Origin: Phoronis australis
Taxonomy: Eukaryota; Animalia; Phoronida
DNA: 64,000 nt
Reading direction: 5' to 3'
NCBI GenBank assembly: GCA_002633005.1
Contig: NMRA01000534.1
Span: forward strand, 1-64,000
In this document: positions 12,701 to 27,700 of the stretch, in pieces
How the letters are laid out: each line of letters opens with the position of its first letter
How positions within the stretch are numbered: position 1 is the first letter of the stretch
Translations under genes and position numbers: made by a program
Notes under the pieces: model-generated
Database searches by the model: none
What the model saw: the letters and a program-made list of their open reading frames with translations, nothing else
Told to the model about the DNA's origin: nothing

Positions 12701-15700
12701 AAGGAAGATACTGTATATATTTATCTTTTTCTTGCAGTTGTTTTTGCAAGATTTGTTTTTCTTTAGTCTAGATGGTGCCTTGCTGGTTCACCAACATGCT
12801 GTGTTACTGATAACCAGTGTTTCCTTAAAGGCAACAGTGTGGATGCACTGTGCCTTTAAACAAACATTGTTTACTGACAAGTGAAGTATGGTTAGAAATA
12901 ATCTGCTGCTTTAATTTTACCTGCATTGCAAATTATAAGCGTAAGTGGAATTTGATTGATACTTTTAGTTTTTATAGAATAATTTACTTGATAGGTCACA
13001 GTTAACACAGAAGAGGTAAAAATCAAAACTGGGGAGTGAAGTATTGCGTCTAACATCATAAAGTTATCAATAACTTTTTCTCCATTGTGTTCTATAAAGT
13101 GTATGTCTATAATCTGATGTCTTATAATATGTATGTTCAAATTTTTCAGAGACCCGTTAGCTATACGGTCACCTACAATGTAGAAGAAGACCATAGTGAA
13201 GATAGCCTCATTGTGGGATCTCACGCTCAGGTAATGTTACCAGATAAAAACAATCTTGCATTGTTTTTGAAAGTTCCTGCATCTGTGATGGAAATCAGTC
13301 CTGTTATTGATGAAGTATTATGATCAGTTAAAGTGACACCAAAAAATTACACCCGACTTGCCCCGATCACCTGCAGACTGCATAACGAACATACTCTTGT
13401 GTTTCCAATGGGGTAAACCTAATCTGATGGAAATACCGTTACAGGCGCACTGCTTTGTAACAAAGGGGCAGTTGAAATTCCCTTATGAATAGGCCAGAAT
13501 TCCTTTGATGTCCTAACAGACAACCTGCGGGTAAAGTACCTCCTCTAGCCTAGTGTTGGTGTTGCAAGGTCTGTAAAGGCTATTTCTATATCATGAAAAA
13601 TTTCAAACCAGCAATCCTCTTGAAAATTGTGTTACTTACGAGGGTCTCGCTTTAAAAAGAGGAACCTCTGAGGGTGATGATGGGCACTGGACTGAAAACA
13701 AGAAGTAGAAAGTCTGGAAGTGTCTATAAGCTCTGCACAAAAATGTTTGACATGACAGAAGTAGTCTTCTAATGTATTCTCTGTCTTTGAATGTTTTGCT
13801 GTTAGCTGATGGCTTGGCACTGAATTCTGCCTTGTTCTTAAACCCCGAGAAAAACCTCATTGGGTCATCTATATTGCAGTAAAGATTGCCCTATTTGGGA
13901 TATTGAAAAATTAATAATTTTGCTTAAGAACAGAGCTTATGACATTTTAAAAATAGGCAATATTGGCCGTTCCAAATTCAAGAGTTATAATCAACCACAA
14001 AATAACTGATCATTTTCCTCGATGTTACCTGAAAACTTTCTGTCGGTGAGTATTTTTAATGATTTTATGAACTCTCAATTCTGTTTTCCGGCTCTGTTAA
14101 TAAAAAGCACTGTCCGATATTTGAGAAGTACGATGAACGCCAAAATTGCAAAAGTCCCAAACTTCAGAATCAAAAAATTTGAATTTTAGCTTGAATTTTG
14201 GTGTCCCAAATTTTAGGGACTGTTGACCATGATGTGCTCTGTTCACTAAAGTGATTATTTATGTAAGGTCACTCACTTGTTGATCTCGTGTATAGCAACA
14301 GGTATGCAGTTAATTAAAGGGATTTTTGATATGTATTAGAAAGGTTTTCCTGGACCTACACTTCAGAACAAATAATTAACACATGCGCTTTGTGTTGTAA
14401 ATATTGTATGCGATAAAAGCAACAATGACATTTTGTTAGTTGAATTGTTGCCACTTGCTTGTTACTGGGGATGGGTGACATGTGATTGTATTTAACTTTG
14501 TTCAAAAGGTGGCGCTGGTTGTTTGACTTTGGCTTAAAGTCTTTGGGCAAAAATAGGGATCGAAGATGTTATTTCTTTTTTACAACTGCGAATATTGCAC
14601 TGGACTGTGATGTGTTGCCATTGGTGCAACAACACTTATGACGTCATGCACTGTCCGGTACATGGGTAAAGATGATGAAGCCACTTGCGGCTTAACTTTC
14701 ATACAGTCATTTTCTTGCATGGCATTGCACACGCTATTAATGCCTCAGTCCAGAAAGACCCGAGGATGACCAGCCATGTTGTGTGGGCTCGTGACCTATG
14801 GCGGAAAACACGAGTCTCCCAATAATCAGTCGGATTGATTTCTTAATTTTTATAACTTGGCGAATCTTGCATAGGCGATATGCTGTGGTCTCCTTCCAGG
14901 TGCTTGTCTACATTTCTTTGTTTGTCATGAACCGCGTTGCCTCATCGGAGGTCTGCTCTGTTCAGTCATGTGCAGACCATGCGTGCACCCAGCCTTCAAT
15001 ATGGGGGGCTCGAATTTTTGCCATTGTGGACTTTTTGGTAACAAAAAGGCAGGCGGACTAAAAAAAAAAAAGCGGGCGCACCACAGTCAGTGAATTGTGC
15101 GTTTAGGGGAGTTTTGTGTCATTTCTCAGACTTTTCATCTTACAACAGTTTTCTGAGTTTTCCAAGCCTTGATATGTCTAGACAAATGTTCTTTGTATGT
15201 TCTTTGATGATGCTGTTATCTGCGAATATCATTGATCCTTGACCTTCCTTCCATGTTGATGGTTTGACTTGGTGATAATGCTGACCTCTGAGGGAGGGTG
15301 TAGCCCCTAATTGCCCTGCTGTTGTCTGTCTGTCAGACTTTTCTGATAGCCTTTTGGGCATGATTAAGTATTTGGTAATTTACTGTGTTTCAACATTATT
15401 GTACTTCCACACAGAAAAACACCAAGTGGGATATTCAACCATTCTGGGCATGATTAGTTTACACCATGGGCGGCGCACCATAGGGGTTGGGAGGGCTATA
15501 GCCCCCACTTTTTTCAGTGTTACACCGCACATGGTCTATAGGCGATGCACCACTGGGGGCTGAGGGAGCTTTAGCCCCCCACTTCTTTCAGTGCTGCGCC
15601 GCCCATGAACACGTCGTACCTTGTTATCCATGGTATATTACGTGCCGCTCAGCATCAAAAAGTCAAACCATTTTTCAATTTGCTTTCACATTGAACCTTT

Positions 15701-18700
15701 ACTCCCCCAGTATAACATTCTTTTCTGACCACAAGCAGCGTAACTTTTGGTGGGGATAAATACTGTGGTATTACATTTACTCTTCAAAACATGGGATTAA
15801 CGATTGCCGTAAAATTTAGTCCAGCGGCACTTTTCTGTGGGAGAGCTTAATCCATCACAGTAAATATGGCTACCAAGACCGCAGTAAAATTTTTTTGTTG
15901 GTTTGACAAGAGTGAGCATGATTAGTTTCGCACCATTACATTAAACTGTTCTCGCTGGTTTCTTCTCTGAATGAGATTTGCCAAAAACACCTAAAAGATG
16001 GCAACAGCAAAGGCAATATAGAGTGAATAATTGATCTCAATGGATTTCATTTTGGCTTCACCTCCATCTGTGTCTCGGCTGACGATCTGACATTGCAAAT
16101 GGCCAGCACATACACATACGCCATCTGTAGCCTTGATCTATTTTACCTCAGATATTTACTGCGATGCATGCTAATGCAGTCACACAAACTCTTAGTCTTT
16201 TACCAAGGTTAAGTCACGGTGGGTGCGTATTGCCTTTCTGGGGAGGGTATCTTGCACTTTGTGGCATTCTGGCCTTTAGATCCATCAGTAATGGTCGCAG
16301 AAACCCAAAACCTGAGGACCAACTCTTCTGAAGTTAATTCTTTCCTAGTGGTGTCTTAAGGCATGTAGAACTTGAGTGAAATATTTTGGCAATGTTCAGT
16401 CTCTAGCTTATCTCATGAGATCGCCCTTCAGAAATTCTTGCATTTACCAGTTGTATTATTTAAGAATGATGTATTAATTAATTGTTAGACACATTTGTTA
16501 ATGTCTTTGTTTACCCCCAGAAGTGTGCACAGTCTGATGAAGTTCTGGTAGCAAAGTTGTCCTGTTTCTACACGGCTGCAGCTTTACCCACAATCCTAAG
16601 CCAACTGGACGTCGTCCGCCAGAGTACTCGTCACCACAGTCCCAAGGTCCACCACTGCAGTCACTATCTGCAGGCTTGCCTATCGACACTGGAAGAGATC
16701 TACACTCTGGTCACTCAGGTGAGGCATTCCGATTGATCTGACTTAGCTCTCTTCATGTTTTGTAATATTTTGTTGTAGACTGGCAACGAAATTCTTCAAA
16801 AGTCACTGCAACCTCACGCATCTGGTGGTGGTGTTAATTTTTTTTTGAAGCCATAGTTTTCCTTTGAAGACAACATGCAGTTTGCAGTGGACAAGCATAT
16901 GAGTGGGTGCAATGTTTAAATTGAATGTAGGAATCTGCCTCGAGTTCGCTTGTGATGCTGACTGTAAACACTTTGCATGTTTTGTAATGGTATTACTTGG
17001 CGAAAATTCGATGAGTCCTTCCCATACTCTGAACTTTGTTCAGGTTTTCTTGCTTTCTTATTTGTCTGCACTGTATTTCTTGTTTTGATACAGCGCATTG
17101 TTTGTTTTCTTAGTTTCAGATGATTAAATCCAGATTTGATGTAGATTTTGATTGTTTTTTTTTTTGACTCATGTAAAAGCACATTTCGATGTCACATTGA
17201 TTCCATCATTTCAGGCTTCTTTGTGAATTTGATGAATTTGGACCACTGGAAATTTATCTTCAAAAACAAAAAAGACACCCAGCAGCTTTCTTTTTGTTTT
17301 TTGTACTGAGCTAGATTTAAGGATTTTATCAGGTCTAAAGTACTGACCAATAATGAACTGGCCATCTTACATTGTTATCAGCTTATGTACAGGCAAACCA
17401 CATATTAGGTATGCTAATCTTAATGAAAGGTGTGGCTTTCAGGTGTACTCTTTATCACACATTTCACCTCTATTATCTGAGGACATTCCAAGGTCCTATG
17501 CCTTCTCTCAGTAGTTAACCTTTGATCTTGATCCAATGTTTTTACGACATGCCTATGCAGATTAGCATTTTTGTGGGGATCTAAGGACTTGATACCTGAT
17601 ACATTATCTGGATATCTCTGATACCACTCAGGTGAGAGAATTGAAGTTTGATAGACCTGATTGAAATGACCATGTTAAAGTATATGCCCTCAAAATATGA
17701 TCACTGCATCTTAGCAATTATAGTCCCAATTGACACCAAGTTTTAAACACATTTGTCTTCCATAACAATAATCTGTCCATCACTCTACATAAGTCTTGTG
17801 ATATTTAGACTGGACTTAGTACTTGAGATTAAAAAATAGTTAGTGTTAAATTTTGATTTTATTTTGTGCCAAGTAGTGAAATACTAATTGTTTTCCAGGC
17901 AAACTGTTCTATTGCTGAGTATCAGCTTCCAATTATTGTGTGATATTAAAATTGTATTTACGATCATAATTCAACTTCTCCCAAACAGTTGAATGTCAAA
18001 ACAGTGTGTAACTAACTTCCATGAATAGATGCAAAAAATGATAAATCACAACTGGAACTAATACTATCAAATAAATTTCCTGACTGTGGAAGCCGCCTCA
18101 GGCTCCTTCCACTAGTAAGTTCCAGAAATTGTGTTTTATAATTTTTTGCATAGGTAGTTACTCAGCTGGATGAATGATAATGTTCATCGTTTATTTTCGT
18201 TAACATTATGTCGTGCNGATCGCTGTCACCTGCCTGTTTGTCACTTTTCCCAAGAATAAGTCCTGCTTGAACAAGGCTACTGCTCTCTTCTGTTGACAAA
18301 TCTTCTTGTGTTCCATCAATAGTGAGGGTCTCGAATAGAACTCTGCTCTGTGAAGATGGTGGGAAAATATGTTGTATGTAGGGCCTCATTTGGAATGTTG
18401 AGCAGATCATGTCGGAAAACTCCACTTTTAAAATTTATCCAACTTTCTACTTTCTGAGTTGCAGCCCACAGCACAGCTATAAAACTTTGCTAACATTTGA
18501 AGGTCAAGCACTCTAATGCAACCAAGAAAAACTTGTAGAAAGTGAGACACCAACAAATAATATTTGAAACTCCATCAAAAATGAGAAAACCAGGCTATAA
18601 TTGTGTTCGTAAGATTCTGCAGCATTGTGGGTAAATACTGCTAGATTCAAGTGTGGCTGTGTTATAGAATGGGATGGCTGTATTGTTTTTGCTTTGGCTT

Positions 18701-21700
18701 AGCATCATAATCTGGACAACATACATAATGCCCAGCTACACTCTTGAAAGCTAAGTACACACTGCCCTCTAACCCATTCACAAAACTGAGAAAGGTTCAT
18801 TCTTGGCTGGGGGATAGATTGTGCCTTTTTTGAACTGGAATCTAGTTTAAATTGCAAAAAGGTCTTCCTCAGTTCTTTTCATATGTAAGGCTTTTGTAGA
18901 TTTTACGATTTCTATAAAACAGCATCATTTTTAGTTGCGGGGGAAATTCCTCTTCATCATTTAAGCTCAATCCTGTCCACCCCTTTTGCGCAGTAGCCCG
19001 TTCCCAGTGTCTGTGGGTCAGTTCACCTGGGCTCATCCCAGCACTCAAGTTTATGGGGTTGAACAAGTAATATCTACTTGTAATAACTGACAAATCCTAA
19101 TCAGTGCATGTTATCAGCTGTACCAGAACACCTTGCTGCAGATATCACTGCCCCAGTTGACCAGTGTACATCGTAGGTGAGTTTAAAATAATGTTTTATG
19201 TTTTGATTGTGTGATACAGCTGATCCAAATTGGCGTTCTGAATTTTGTTTTTTAGTAGGTATAGGTGCATTTCACCACTGTTAAGCTGCTAATGTCGTAT
19301 TGTTAACTGAAGTTTTGGGATTTAAAACCATTACCATGCTCATCAATCGTTGCGAATGAGCAAGCTACGGGCTACGGGCCACAGGCAATTTACAATCATT
19401 TTCGAATTTGCAATTTCAGGGTTGGCAAACCCCTAAAAAACTCTGAGGCGTTATCTTGAGTGACTGATTGTTTTTGATGTTCTTGTTTATTACGGAAATC
19501 TAGTCCTATCATGATAAAGAATGTTACAATTGCTTAAGTGTCATTATTCATTTCTTTATTTTTCTGGCAGCCAAACACAAGGAAATGCAGTTGTAAATGA
19601 AGCACTTATTAAACGACCACGATAGTTGGATTTTTGGGTAATTTTAACATGTAACATAGTTGTGTTAATTAGAGGACACGTTGACCTTTCAACATTTTAT
19701 GCACTTAACATTGAAACTGTTGGCTGGTTGGTTAGGTTTTCTATTGCACAATGTTTGAAACCCAAAAATGCTGTCTTTTCCTGATTAAGTTAGGTTTTAT
19801 TTGTACAGAATTTTTATCGGGCAGTGACATTTGGACTGAATTGGGGCAGAATCGTATTTCATCATTTATCATTATCCAAATCCTCTAGGCCTACTAAAAT
19901 GTCTATAATTGTGTGGTATTGTTATTGGGTGGTCTCATTTATCTCCAGTAAACTATAAAATAAATTAAATATCCAATTTGATCTAAAGGCCGTTTCATAC
20001 TAACGTCGACGCGTCGATGTTTTGGGGAGTTGCAATCAGTATGAATGGTTAACTTCAGTCCTGGATTGAAGTTAACAATGCCAGTTAACTTCGCAATAAA
20101 TAGGCCATGCCCCCCCCGCTAAAATTCTCCGAGATTCCATTTGTCTCGGCAGTTCAGGGGTGCAAATGTCAAATGAGCAAAATCCTGGCTAATACTCTGC
20201 CCTGGCCCCCCAACTCAAAATCCTGGATTTGTCCCTGGCATCAGTTGATGCTCCGCTCACTCCAGAATTAGTGTGAAAGGGTCTTATGAGGAGTTCATGA
20301 AGACCTTTTGTGCATTTAAATGTATGTTTAAGTGCCGTTCCCATGTGAAAATTAGTGGACATTATCCTGCGTATTTTTCCAGCAAAGTTTTAACAGGAAA
20401 AATTGACTTTTGAATTTACAGGTATTCTGAGTTTGATCAAATTTCACTAGATTGATTCTGTGGAAAATTTTCTTGTGAACTATGTGGTTTGTTGATTCAG
20501 TTAAAATTCACATTTTTATCTGTATTATAAAACTGCTGGTGCTGGTGCATGCATTGCATTGCACTGACTGTGTAGTGTCCATTGCACTGACTGTGTAGTG
20601 TGTCTGCCTATGGCAGTGACATAACTGTCCAGTATTCACCGCTCCTCTGGGGTCATGACCATGTGTGGAATTAACCTGTGTATTTTTTCCTGACTTATTT
20701 CTGAGATTTCAAAATCCATGGGAATGGCACTATTGTTACACTTCAAGTTCACACATCAGTTGCTGCCCCATTGCCCTCTGTTGCCAAATGGCAAAAGGCT
20801 GTTGAACCTCCAACTGGTGGTCACAAGAGCTTGTCCACACACCTGAATGACTCAGTCTCCAATCCATTCTCTGGTCCAGCGAATTTGAATCAGATTGACC
20901 AGTGCACTTCTGAATGGCTCCATTCTGTCTGTTGTTAAATAGGACAACAAATGTTGAGTAATCTACTCACCTTGTATAAACAGGCAACAGTGCCTATCTG
21001 GCTGGTTGTAAAACCCCACTCACAGAGCCTGGGAGCTGGGCTTTGAACATTGAGGAAATGGGTAGGGCTGTGTGACTGGTCACTGCTACTGGCAGTCATT
21101 GTTGATTTAAGTGAAAATTAGTGGTGAGTGCTCTTCACAGTTCCTTATAGGCACATTTAATGGGAGGAGGACTGAGCCCTCCCCCCTCCCTGCGTATACA
21201 ACAGCACCAAAAGCACCACTGTCAACCTACTATTTATCATAGGCTAATACATGATTTTTCCTTCTTCCATTAAATGTTGTGATTGGAGCCCCCATATGAC
21301 ATCTTAGATCTGACAGGACTTCCAGCGGTTGCCTTTCATGCCCATCTGATTTCGTTGGTTTTTGTCTTGCCAAAATATTCTTGTCAAGTAGGTTAGGGAC
21401 CACACTGACTGATAACTGGCATGACTCGGGCTCACAGACAAGGGATGCCAGAGTTGTCTGTGCTGCTGGACTGTTATGGTCCTGTTTTCTGCAGTTTGGT
21501 TAGAATTCTGAACAATTTGTGAAGTGTAGTATTAACTTTGGGCCCAAATGAATTTATATGTGGTTTAGTTTGACAAATTGTGCTTCTTTTAAAAACCTTC
21601 AGAACTCTGACTCTCATACAACAGTGAAATCTCACCAATTGAGGACGCGCTATAATTGACAAGTGAATTCATTTTTTCATTTTTTGTAAAAGATAAGTAG

Positions 21701-24700
21701 CACCAAATAAATAATATATTATTTTGAAGATCTAGAGCACAGCTACTATGAGGCAGTGAATCTGGGAAATTGTGAACATTCATAACAGTGTCATCTTTGA
21801 AATATGAAAAAGACTTAATTTTGGCCATTAGTTTGTTCGAAATTGGTGATATTTTTACCGTAGTTCTGCACTGACCTCTGAGATACTCCATCCATAATAG
21901 TATTGCTACTGTGTATCATCTGGGTGGGTAAAAGTTAAATGGCGCCAATTTAAAGAATGAGGGTAACTTTTGCTTTAATACAGATTACTTTTTTTATTAT
22001 GAATCCCAGTTCTACTGCCATTTGCTCTGTCTTCACCTGACTGACAAAGAGGGTCACGCGGAGCTCTGATTAGGTTATGGCTGTTAGAAATATGTTGAAA
22101 AAAAACTTGTGTTGGTTTTGTGTAACTCGAAACCCATCTTAAAATTTGCTGTAGGCAAAAGACTAGTGAGTGACATTTTCGTTGTCTGATCAAATATTGT
22201 CCGAATCTTATTCACTGATGTGTGTTAGAAACTTTTATTCAGGGTTTGCTGTCTTCCATGTTAAGGGCTGCAGTATTCCGGTGTACAAACGGAATCGAGA
22301 CCAAAGCATTGTGTGGACAGTTGGGTAGATGGGAACCGGAGACACAGCCAAATGATGGACAAACCTACCTAAGACAATGCGAATTAAGCCAAACACGTTT
22401 GCTCCCTCCCAAGATAATAATTGGGGGTATTTCATTAGCGGCGCTGCTGTCGTTTTTCAAATGCATTATGGGACGTTTGCTCGGGGGAAAAAACAACACT
22501 TGACACATGTGCAATTGAGAATTGTAATAATGGATCAGATTGTACATCCTCAAGATATCTGTGATGTCACCAGCATGCAGATAGCCAACACACAATGCAT
22601 TTTTAAAATCAATTTTTGCACTGCTGATAAAATCCCTGAATTGCCAGGGTAAAAGTGTTATGGAATTGCAAGGCTAACTCCTGTGGGAGAGCCCCAGGCT
22701 TTGGTGTATTGTGAAGACCACCCCCATTTTAGTTGGCTGAAGTGTCCAGGAATGTTGATGAAGGGCCTTCAAGAGCTGTTCCCATTGACAAATAGTTCCT
22801 TGTGAGGGTGTGAATGACATGTCATTGATTAGATTACAGCTCTCCATGTATGATCTTATGAATAGGAGGTGCTGCTGTTACTATCCCTTGTTGTTGGCAA
22901 GTGGCTTACCAGAGTCACCTCTATGTGGGGTGGCTTGAAGTTAGGACACCTCTTCACCTATTTAGTAAACAGTATGGCAAATGAGTGGAATTTTATATTT
23001 CCAAGCGTCTGTGCGTGTGATTTGATTTTGTGATTGTATGTATGATTATTGTGCGCATAATTTTTGCTCGTATGCGTGATTTTTTTGGTTTGTATGCATG
23101 ATTCATGGGTTTGTATGCATGATTCATAGATTTGTAGGTCATTCGTGATGCGTATGATTCTATGGCTCCACTGTTATTTATGTTCAATTGACAAAAAATC
23201 CACAAGTTTGTAAGCTAATGTCTCCTCATGTCTGGCTATAGGATTGTGCACTGGTAGCCAGTTCTGAATACCAATACTGTTCAAAATTTTTTCCATTTTC
23301 ATGAGCGTACATGCCGTACAAACCATACTTTTTCCATACTCACTCCCTTCAAAAGCATACGTATTGGGGAAGTTTCAAACTAAACTATTTTTATGTACAG
23401 TTAGTTGTTAAACTGTAAGTGGGCTTCACAGTTTAACTTAAATGTCACTGTTGGTTTGCATAGTGGTCAGCTACAAAAATAGAATATTATTTCAAACAAT
23501 TGTTTGTGCACATTGTTTATGCCTTGTTGGATGTTGTCGTCATTTCTGATATTGGTTGTTTTGTCATATTTTTACAATAAAATGGAATTTTTACTTTGTT
23601 TTAAATGCTCGCACTTTTTCAAAGCGTTGTTTCTTGTTAACTCAGACCGTAAAAATGGTGTATTACTGCCATGTTACTTATCATTCAGGGAAAAAGTCGT
23701 TGAATGAAGTTCCGTATTGTGTCCTAAATAGATGAGATTTTAATGTGCTGTTAAAATTTGCTTGATGCCTCAAAAATGTGATTGATTTTTTACATTGAGA
23801 AATTTGACAAGATAAAAAAGAATTCATTTTTGATATATTGTGATCTAAATAGGATCTTTGAGCTGTGATTGTGTACAAGATCTAAGAATGTGTAAATTGC
23901 TTTGACACTATAATTCTAATTGTAATAATGTCCAATAGACACTGGTTCAAGTGGTCTTGATCAGGGTTTCCCTTGGGTTTCGCAAGGAGTGTGTTGGTGA
24001 ATGGCCAAAACAGGATGCAAACCCCGTTGCCGCACGCGATTATGGGAAGTGGGAATATTCCCCCTATTGTCTGGGTTTCGAAAGGAGCGTGGTGGTAAAT
24101 GGTCGCAGCGGATGCGGAACCCGGTGCCACATGGGAGCATGTGAGATCCTCCCATGAGGGGGGCGGGATTTGGGAGACCTTCCCCAGGCAAAATTTAAAA
24201 AACTAGATGTAATTAGGTGCAATTGAGTACCTCAATGATGATCGGTCTTGTTTTCTTCATGGTTGCTAGAAATACTATTTTCGTTTGAAATCAACAACTT
24301 GAGCAAATCTGAAACTGGTGAGCTCTATCCTGTGAGTTGGCTTGACAGCAGACAGTCACGATGCCAGGAGGAGTCTCACATTTCCTAGGCAGTCTTTCCT
24401 TAATTAGATTACCTTGCACAGGTAACCTGTCCCCAGGGCAGAAGTCAACACCCATGCGACTGCTTGAAAAGTTTGGAGGTGTCACTATTGATATCAACAA
24501 TCTCCTACTTATATAGTCATGATGTGACACCTGGTGAATACCAGGGACGNTTACATTGTGTGTTGCCAATAGGTTTGTCAGTTTGGTTTATATTGTCGAT
24601 ATTAGCTTTAACTAAATAATTTTTTAGATTTTTACATTTTCTCCAAGAAATTATAGGTGGATGAGGAAATAGGTTTTTCATTTGAGGGGAAATATGCAGC

Positions 24701-27700
24701 GTAGAAAGATGTTTTTTGAAGATGTGGCTAATTCCGTTTCAACATGAATTGAACATAGTTATGAATGGTTATTTGAACATAGTTATTTTTGTTTGAAATC
24801 AACAACTTGAGCAAATCTGAAACTGGTGAGCTCTATCCTGTGAGTTGGCTTGACAGCAGACTGTCACGATGCCAGGAGGAGTCTCACATTTCCTAGGCAG
24901 TCTTTCCTTAATTAGATTACCTTGCACAGGTAACCTGTCCCCAGGGCAGAAGTCAACACCCATGCGACTGCTTGAAAAGTTTGGAGGTGTCACTATTGAT
25001 ATCAACAATCTCCTACTTATATAGTCATGATGTGACACCTGGTGAATACCAGGGACGCTGCACCCCAGGCTGTGTTTAAAGGAATGAATTGACTCCTTGT
25101 CTAGGGTTTGTTATGGGTGAAAGAACCCAAGTATTCTTCTAGTTATGTAACAAGGTCATTTTCAGTAAAAAAAACTGGGCATTAAGATTTCAATGCTGTT
25201 TCAAGTTGGATTCTGTAGTCGCTGAGTCCTCAATTAAGAACATTATATGGGGAAGTGTAAAATTTGTCTTTGTCATATTTTTCAATAACGATGAATAGAA
25301 ACTACTTTGATCAGCTCATCTTGTATTGTCCAGTTACCACCTATGCTACATGTGGAAACTTTTGAGCTGTTTTTGCAATTTAGTAAGCTTTTGAATGTTG
25401 AAAATGACATTTTCGACAATGCTTTGTGTTCAATTTTTACCCTTTTGTGAAGCGGTGAGGCATTTAACTCCCATTTCTGTAACCAAGAGACTGTGATGTC
25501 ACTGAATTGCTACCTGCAGTACACCAGTCATAGATTGTGTATTGACTGATAATACTGGTACATAACTGGTCTTCAATTTAGCACAAAATATGGCTGACTG
25601 TTGGAATGAATTTTTTGTTAAAGTTCCCATAAACGATTTGACTTCGTTATGTGTATCTAGTACAGCTTTCACTGAAAGGAATAAGGTACAATTTCCATCA
25701 TTCTGCTTTTGAAATATATAAACATTGAAATTTGAGCAGTTATTTTTGTGTGACATTGAAGAGGACTTCCACGATATTTCAGAAGGGCAGGTTGTTGATG
25801 GATTTTATGAAAAATAAGCTAACTTGAGATTGTCCAGCTGTACAGTTCTCCCATTGCAGCATGTCATTTTTCTCGGAAGTGCTTATTTAACTAACTTAAA
25901 ACTAATTGTGGTTTTGCTGAAGCTTAGCATATTTTTCTTTTCAACTTTTTTGTGGTTTAACCACCAGGCCACTTGTTAAGCCCTGACAGGACTGCAAGGT
26001 CAGGTAAGGTGTGTGCTGAATGTGTCTGCCTGTGTGAACTAAGTGTGTGGTAAAATGTCAGCAGTGTTGGACAAAAATGATTGTCAATAATGCTCATTTT
26101 GCCTGGTTTCAATTGGTTAATGGCTGATAACATTGCTCTGAAGGGAACACTATATTATAGTAGTTCTTCACTAGTTCGCTTCACAGTATGGCCGACAATT
26201 GAAACGCTATTTTGTCATTAACTTCTCCATAAATATGAATTTTAAGAATTTAGTTTACTTGCATGGTTTGTGCTGTGTAGATGCCATAAAACGATATTCA
26301 GTAAGATTTTCATTATTCGTAATTAAAGTTATCACCCTTTGAAAAATGGAAAGATAACAATTTCGGCAATCATTTTTGTGCCAAATTAGTGCAGTTAGTT
26401 GAAAAAATAAAATGTCGCTTGTCCTCCATATTGTTTCAACTCTGAAAAATGATAAGTGCCGTACAGATCTTGAAAATGAGAGAGTGTCAGTGCGATGCTG
26501 GTCATGTATCTTGTATGAAAAGAAGTGAAAGTGAAATGTCACGTGTCTGCCATGTGTCCCAAATTTGTGGTATCTTGTAAGACACACTCAAGACATTTTT
26601 ACGTTTTTTGTCACCCTAATTTATGGCTGGAAACTTGTGTCTGGTGTCGCAAATTATCAGTTCACACTCCCTTGATTAGTAAGCTTAATGATGTCAAAAT
26701 CAGCAGCATTTTTCTAGCCTTTTTGAAATTTAAGGCTAGGTGTTGTTGCTCATTGAGACAGTCTTGCGGCTATCTTTGTTGTCTATCTTTTTCAAAACAA
26801 AATGACTTTATTCTCAAGTTACCTATTTTGGTATGTGAAAGGGCTGCAATTGGGTGATGTCTAGACACTGAGAAGGCTGCAGCCTGGAGAAAGGTAAAAA
26901 ATTTAGTTTGGTATTTCCAAGCCAAATCTGGGTATGAGTAATGCATATGTAACTACATTTTGTATTAATGGAGTCGGATAATAGTTGTATCAGTTCTTAA
27001 AATATTCAAAAATCTCCACTGACAGCATTTTTGTGCATCCCCATAGTGTTTGTAATGCAGGTGAATGATTACTTGTCTTTGGTAGTAATTCCTTTATTTG
27101 AGCTAGCCAGTATTGATAGGTTTGGTTCAAGTTCCGACTTTGAGGTTCATGTTCCGACCTTGAGCAAATTAATAAACATTTTGCTGTCTTAAACTGTGAC
27201 GTAGTGACACTATGGATTTTATAATTTGTGCATTCGGCCCTTCAGATAAGTCTAGTTACGCCATACTCGGATGGTATTTATCTGTGCTGTTGAATTCGNT
27301 CTCCTCATCATTTCAGGGAGGGACATTAAGATTTATTTCTCCATAATGATGAGAAATGCTAGAAACATCCTTTCAATGGTGCCTGGTGTGTATTGTGAGC
27401 AAATGCACATGGTTAGTGTAATAGTGATAAGGAATTGGCTGCCCCAGATAGTATAATTATGTCCACTCTTTGGTCTTCTTGTCTTGGTGAAGAGGTGTAA
27501 ACGAGCTCTCCCCATTCTCTGGATTTACCTGAATGTATTGGTTCATGATTAATTTATTAGTGTAAATACTATGTATTGGTTATAGGTTCATTACACTGTT
27601 CTTGGTATTGAGTAGTTTTGACAGTGAGAGACATTTGTTTTTATAGAGTAATGAGCATTGGAAGAATGTGCCCTTCGACCTGAAGAGCAGATTGTTGTTT

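Noticed and set aside
19118-19176. Possible 59-nt exon with strong donor (TAG|GTGAGT)
   Set aside because: It would shift the frame, and the flanking exons already join to restore the conserved spacing. At most it is a cryptic or poison exon
24291-25038. Two identical minus-strand ORFs suggesting a duplicated gene
   Set aside because: They result from the N-bounded 266-bp duplication and have no coding features
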